Below, one piece after another: positions 61,168 through 64,000 of a DNA stretch of 64,000 nt (positions are counted from its first letter, which is position 1; each line of letters starts with the position of its first letter). Below the pieces are notes generated by a model. The model was not told the origin of the DNA and ran no database searches. It worked only from the letters and a program-made list of their open reading frames with translations. Origin of the DNA: a bacterium (GTDB lineage Bacteria > Zhuqueibacterota > Zhuqueibacteria > Residuimicrobiales > Krinioviventaceae); contig CAXXMD010000003.1 in NCBI GenBank assembly GCA_963675755.2, positions 544,001 through 608,000 of the forward strand, written 5' to 3'. The position numbers and the translations under genes were made by a program.

Positions 61168-61216
61168 ATCGGCCTGTCAAGCCGAAGGTCGCGGGTTCAA
61201 GTCCCGTCGGCCCCGC
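61168..61216 (+). repeat. att direct repeat (displaced 3' part of tRNA-Asp), 49 bp
   Basis: Identical to 38628-38676; lacks the tRNA 5' half. Confidence 0.95.
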
Positions 61217-61248
61217 AAAAAGCCTCAGAGATTTTCTGGGGCTTTTTT
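61217..61248 (+). terminator. Probable original tRNA-operon terminator
   Basis: AAAAAGCCTCAG...CTGGGGCTTTTTT immediately after the att repeat. Confidence 0.75.
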
Positions 61249-61496
61249 GTTTTCAGAGGGCTAAAAGTGGTCGTCCCTAATTCACTTCGGGATTGGCCCA
61301 ACAGCAATCACTTTTTATTACTTGTCCATACTGTCCTACTTAAACATGCCACTCTTTAACTTACAGTTTTCGTAACAATAAATAAAAAAAGCGCCGATCA
61401 CTATATATAAAATAGTGCACCGACGCTTGAATAGTATTAAAATTAATAACGGTTAAATCTGAATACCAGCAGGTTTAACAGGATATAAAATCCGTA

Positions 61497-62339
61497 TTAC
61501 TTTTGCTTGCTATATATGTTAACTACTTTTGCTGCAATCTTGCGTAAAAATTCTGCTGTTTCCGGTTCTACAACTTCCGGAACATATTTAATTTTTTCCG
61601 GGGACACGTTAAAAATCGTTCCGAACCAAACACAACCCGATAAATATTCTCCAGTATCTAATGCATGGTAACCATCATCATTCCAAAGATAAACATTTGA
61701 ATTTTCTTTGTATGAAAGGTAATATGCATTACCGGACAATAATAACCTAAATTTTGTACGCTCTGCTAAATCATTATAACATTTAACAAGGCGTGTGTGC
61801 ATTTCATCCCGGGTAATTCCAAATTCTTTTAACCGAGGACAAATGGGACTGTATGCCCATGTTTGATGGATCATAATTTCTGCAGAAGGAGCGTGTTCTT
61901 TTATGAAATCAATCAAAATCTCAGTATATGGGTGATAATCTTCAGGCTTGAAACTTGAAGCACTTACTTGTTGTATAGTGATAATATCATAATTCTTTTC
62001 TGTTAATATTTCCTCAAGAGTAGCAGTCCCATCACGATAGGGTTTTAGTGTGCTATCTTTTTCACAAGCTGCAATCAGGTCGGCGTGCTTTTGAAGGGAA
62101 GCGCCTCCAATATTGGCTCTTGAGATATTGATCTCATAGCCAGGTACCGATTCAGTTATTTCATCAAGATACTCTAGAGCATTCTCTGCAAAACTATTCC
62201 CAATAGTAAGCAAATTTATTGAACTTTTCACCCGGGATGAACTGTCTGTTGCTTCGTTCTGTTTGTCATTGGTACAAGAAAAAAAAGCTACAGCTACAAT
62301 AGCTAAAACATAGATGCTCTGTTTAAATTTTAAACTCAT
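61497..62339 (-). CDS. DUF4886-type SGNH-like lipoprotein
   Basis: Lipobox FFSC; IGNSF, IQQVS, HQTWAY, DGYH. Confidence 0.8.
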   Translation of the reverse strand: MSLKFKQSIYVLAIVAVAFFSCTNDKQNEATDSSSRVKSSINLLTIGNSFAENALEYLDEITESVPGYEINISRANIGGASLQKHADLIAACEKDSTLKPYRDGTATLEEILTEKNYDIITIQQVSASSFKPEDYHPYTEILIDFIKEHAPSAEIMIHQTWAYSPICPRLKEFGITRDEMHTRLVKCYNDLAERTKFRLLLSGNAYYLSYKENSNVYLWNDDGYHALDTGEYLSGCVWFGTIFNVSPEKIKYVPEVVEPETAEFLRKIAAKVVNIYSKQK

Positions 62340-62525
62340 ATTATATTTTTCTCCTAATTTGTTCTCAAAAAACTACTCATCTCAAACCTGTAATCCATCA
62401 AAATTAACAATCATTATTTATAAATCAATTGGTTTTTATGAAATGTCCAAAAGCCAGGATAACAGGAGCGTGCCGGAGTTAACAACACTCCGGCACGTAT
62501 ATATCATAATCCGCAATTATGAACA

Positions 62526-64000
62526 CTAATTTTTACTGATCCTGATCAGACCTGATTGTTTGTCATTCTTTTTACGTACATACATTTTATTCTGTTCGGT
62601 ATCCAGATACCAACCATCCGCCGTTGCCTGAAGAAAAGCCTTTTTACTTTTAAATTCTTGTAAAGACACGGAATTCTTTTCACCAGCGGTAACCTGGCTC
62701 GGAGATACTTTTGACGGCATATGTATTCTCAGAATACAATTCATTTCCGAACCGACCCACCGGAGTTTGATTTCATTTTTGGTCTGTTCGGCAGAAATAT
62801 TTACAGGGCCTTCGCGATCATTCATAGTAAATTCACTTGTACCGTTTGCTTTCGGCCATATTGCAAGGGTGAGGTATCCTTTTGATTGTTCCGAGCCGAA
62901 ACCGGATACTGAATTACTGGGTTCCACTGGAACAATGGCGCCTTCACGAACATATAACGGAAAACTCCACAAGCCATCTTTTCCATTTTTTTCCCAATGG
63001 ATAGTTTGTTCGCCGGAATAAGCGCTATCATCCCAGAAATCATACCATGTTCCTGCGGGAAGATAAACATCACGTTTATTGTCAGGATTAAGAACAGGAG
63101 CGACAAGGATCCACGGCCCAACAGTGTACTGGTCGCTTATCTTCCGACAATTCAGGTCATCTTCAAATGTCCACACCAATGGACGGCAGACCGGTGCACC
63201 AGTTTCCGCAGATTCATTACCCAAACTCATCCAATAGGGTGTCAGGTCAGTATGCAGCCAGCACAAATAGCGGTAATGCTCAACAGCCTTTTCCGAATAC
63301 CACCACGGCATGTTCAGGGTTTGCATACCCGGCAGCATGGCGCCAAACTGTGCCCAGCGTATCCAAACTGTTTCAGATGGTGGTCGACCCTCGAAACCGC
63401 CAATATCAGTAGAAAGAAACGGTAGACCGCAGAATGCCAGGGACAGTGAAGACTTTACCGATCCTGCTAGACCGGTATCGCTGAAATCACCATTCAGATC
63501 ACCTGGCCATTTGAAATTTGTATAATGACCCGAACCAACCCAAGCGGCGCGGGGTATGGTAATAAAATCATTTGGACAGTTTTTTTCAAGTATCTCGTAA
63601 AAGACTTTATTATATTGCCGGGAATAAGAATTGTGAACATCTTTGCCCTGCAGACCATTGTATAACAAGGCATCCTTTGGCAGGTCCTGACCGGCATCCA
63701 GTTTAAAGCCTCTAATACCCAAATCAATTGCCTTTTTAATTTCCTGTTGCCACCATTTGCAAGCTTTAGGATTAAAAAAATCGATATAATCATAAGATTC
63801 ATCATCCAGTTCGCCACTACTTGTGATGGTAGTCTCATTACTATTTGTTTCGGCATCGGGATTATGGACAAAATAATCGTGATCATTTGCGTATTGCCAG
63901 TTGGACGCTCCAGGATTTGTATAAGGTACAGTCCATGCAAGGGTTTTAACACCCAGGCTGTTCAGTTCACTAATCACACCTTTTAAATCGGTTGAGAACG
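62526..64000 (-). CDS. GH31 glycoside hydrolase (5' end outside the window)
   Basis: IDFFNP, GFKLDAG (nucleophile), WPGD, DIGGF, RWAQFG, YLPAGTWYDFW; frame runs off the window edge. Confidence 0.88.
   Translation of the reverse strand, partial: FSTDLKGVISELNSLGVKTLAWTVPYTNPGASNWQYANDHDYFVHNPDAETNSNETTITSSGELDDESYDYIDFFNPKACKWWQQEIKKAIDLGIRGFKLDAGQDLPKDALLYNGLQGKDVHNSYSRQYNKVFYEILEKNCPNDFITIPRAAWVGSGHYTNFKWPGDLNGDFSDTGLAGSVKSSLSLAFCGLPFLSTDIGGFEGRPPSETVWIRWAQFGAMLPGMQTLNMPWWYSEKAVEHYRYLCWLHTDLTPYWMSLGNESAETGAPVCRPLVWTFEDDLNCRKISDQYTVGPWILVAPVLNPDNKRDVYLPAGTWYDFWDDSAYSGEQTIHWEKNGKDGLWSFPLYVREGAIVPVEPSNSVSGFGSEQSKGYLTLAIWPKANGTSEFTMNDREGPVNISAEQTKNEIKLRWVGSEMNCILRIHMPSKVSPSQVTAGEKNSVSLQEFKSKKAFLQATADGWYLDTEQNKMYVRKKNDKQSGLIRISKN

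Larger units (their letters stand above)
38628..61216. mobile_element. ~22.5-kb integrative element (satellite-like defence island) in tRNA-Asp
   Basis: Flanking 49-bp repeats, tyrosine integrase, two Xis-like HTH genes, DUF3987 gene, visibly AT-rich cargo; no virion or conjugation genes recognised. Confidence 0.92.

Noticed and set aside
61168-61216. Second tRNA-Asp gene
   Set aside because: Only the 3' part is present; acceptor 5' strand and D-arm are missing, so it is the att duplication.
38628-61216. Prophage or conjugative ICE
   Set aside because: No capsid, terminase, tail, lysis, relaxase or T4SS genes are recognisable.
252-63986. Numerous 60-190 aa ORFs antisense to or nested in long genes
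   Set aside because: Shadow frames of well-supported CDSs with no independent motifs.

Overview
Bacterial chromosomal window. Two proteins carry FlgD-Ig/T9SS-like C-terminal domains (..QNYPNPFN..), and Tat-exported Gfo/Idh/MocA enzymes and several glycan-active enzymes are present; this suggests an FCB-group organism such as KSB1 or Calditrichota (inference). Positions 1-38.4 kb are host genes: a secreted nine-heme cytochrome c divergent from a Cys-rich MerR regulator, an M43 protease with five PKD domains, GH95, SGNH esterases, glmM-deoC and an mglBA operon. This part also holds clusters of REP-like palindromes and a HesB-like selenoprotein with an in-frame UGA and SECIS-like hairpin that the ORF track truncates. 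A ~22.5-kb AT-rich integrative element sits in tRNA-Asp, bounded by 49-bp direct repeats at 38628-38676 and 61168-61216. It carries a tyrosine integrase, two excisionase-like HTH genes, a DUF3987 replication-type gene with an ori-like inverted repeat, a divergent sigma-factor-like gene and a candidate structured ncRNA. Its cargo, and the best candidate for an undescribed system, is a tightly spaced 8-gene DISARM-like operon: vsr, C5 methyltransferase, UvrD-like helicase, drmA, drmB, NERD nuclease-helicase, a 1087-aa unknown and a 409-aa unknown. The usual DrmC PLD nuclease is not recognisable. All assignments come from reading motifs by eye; no database searches were run.
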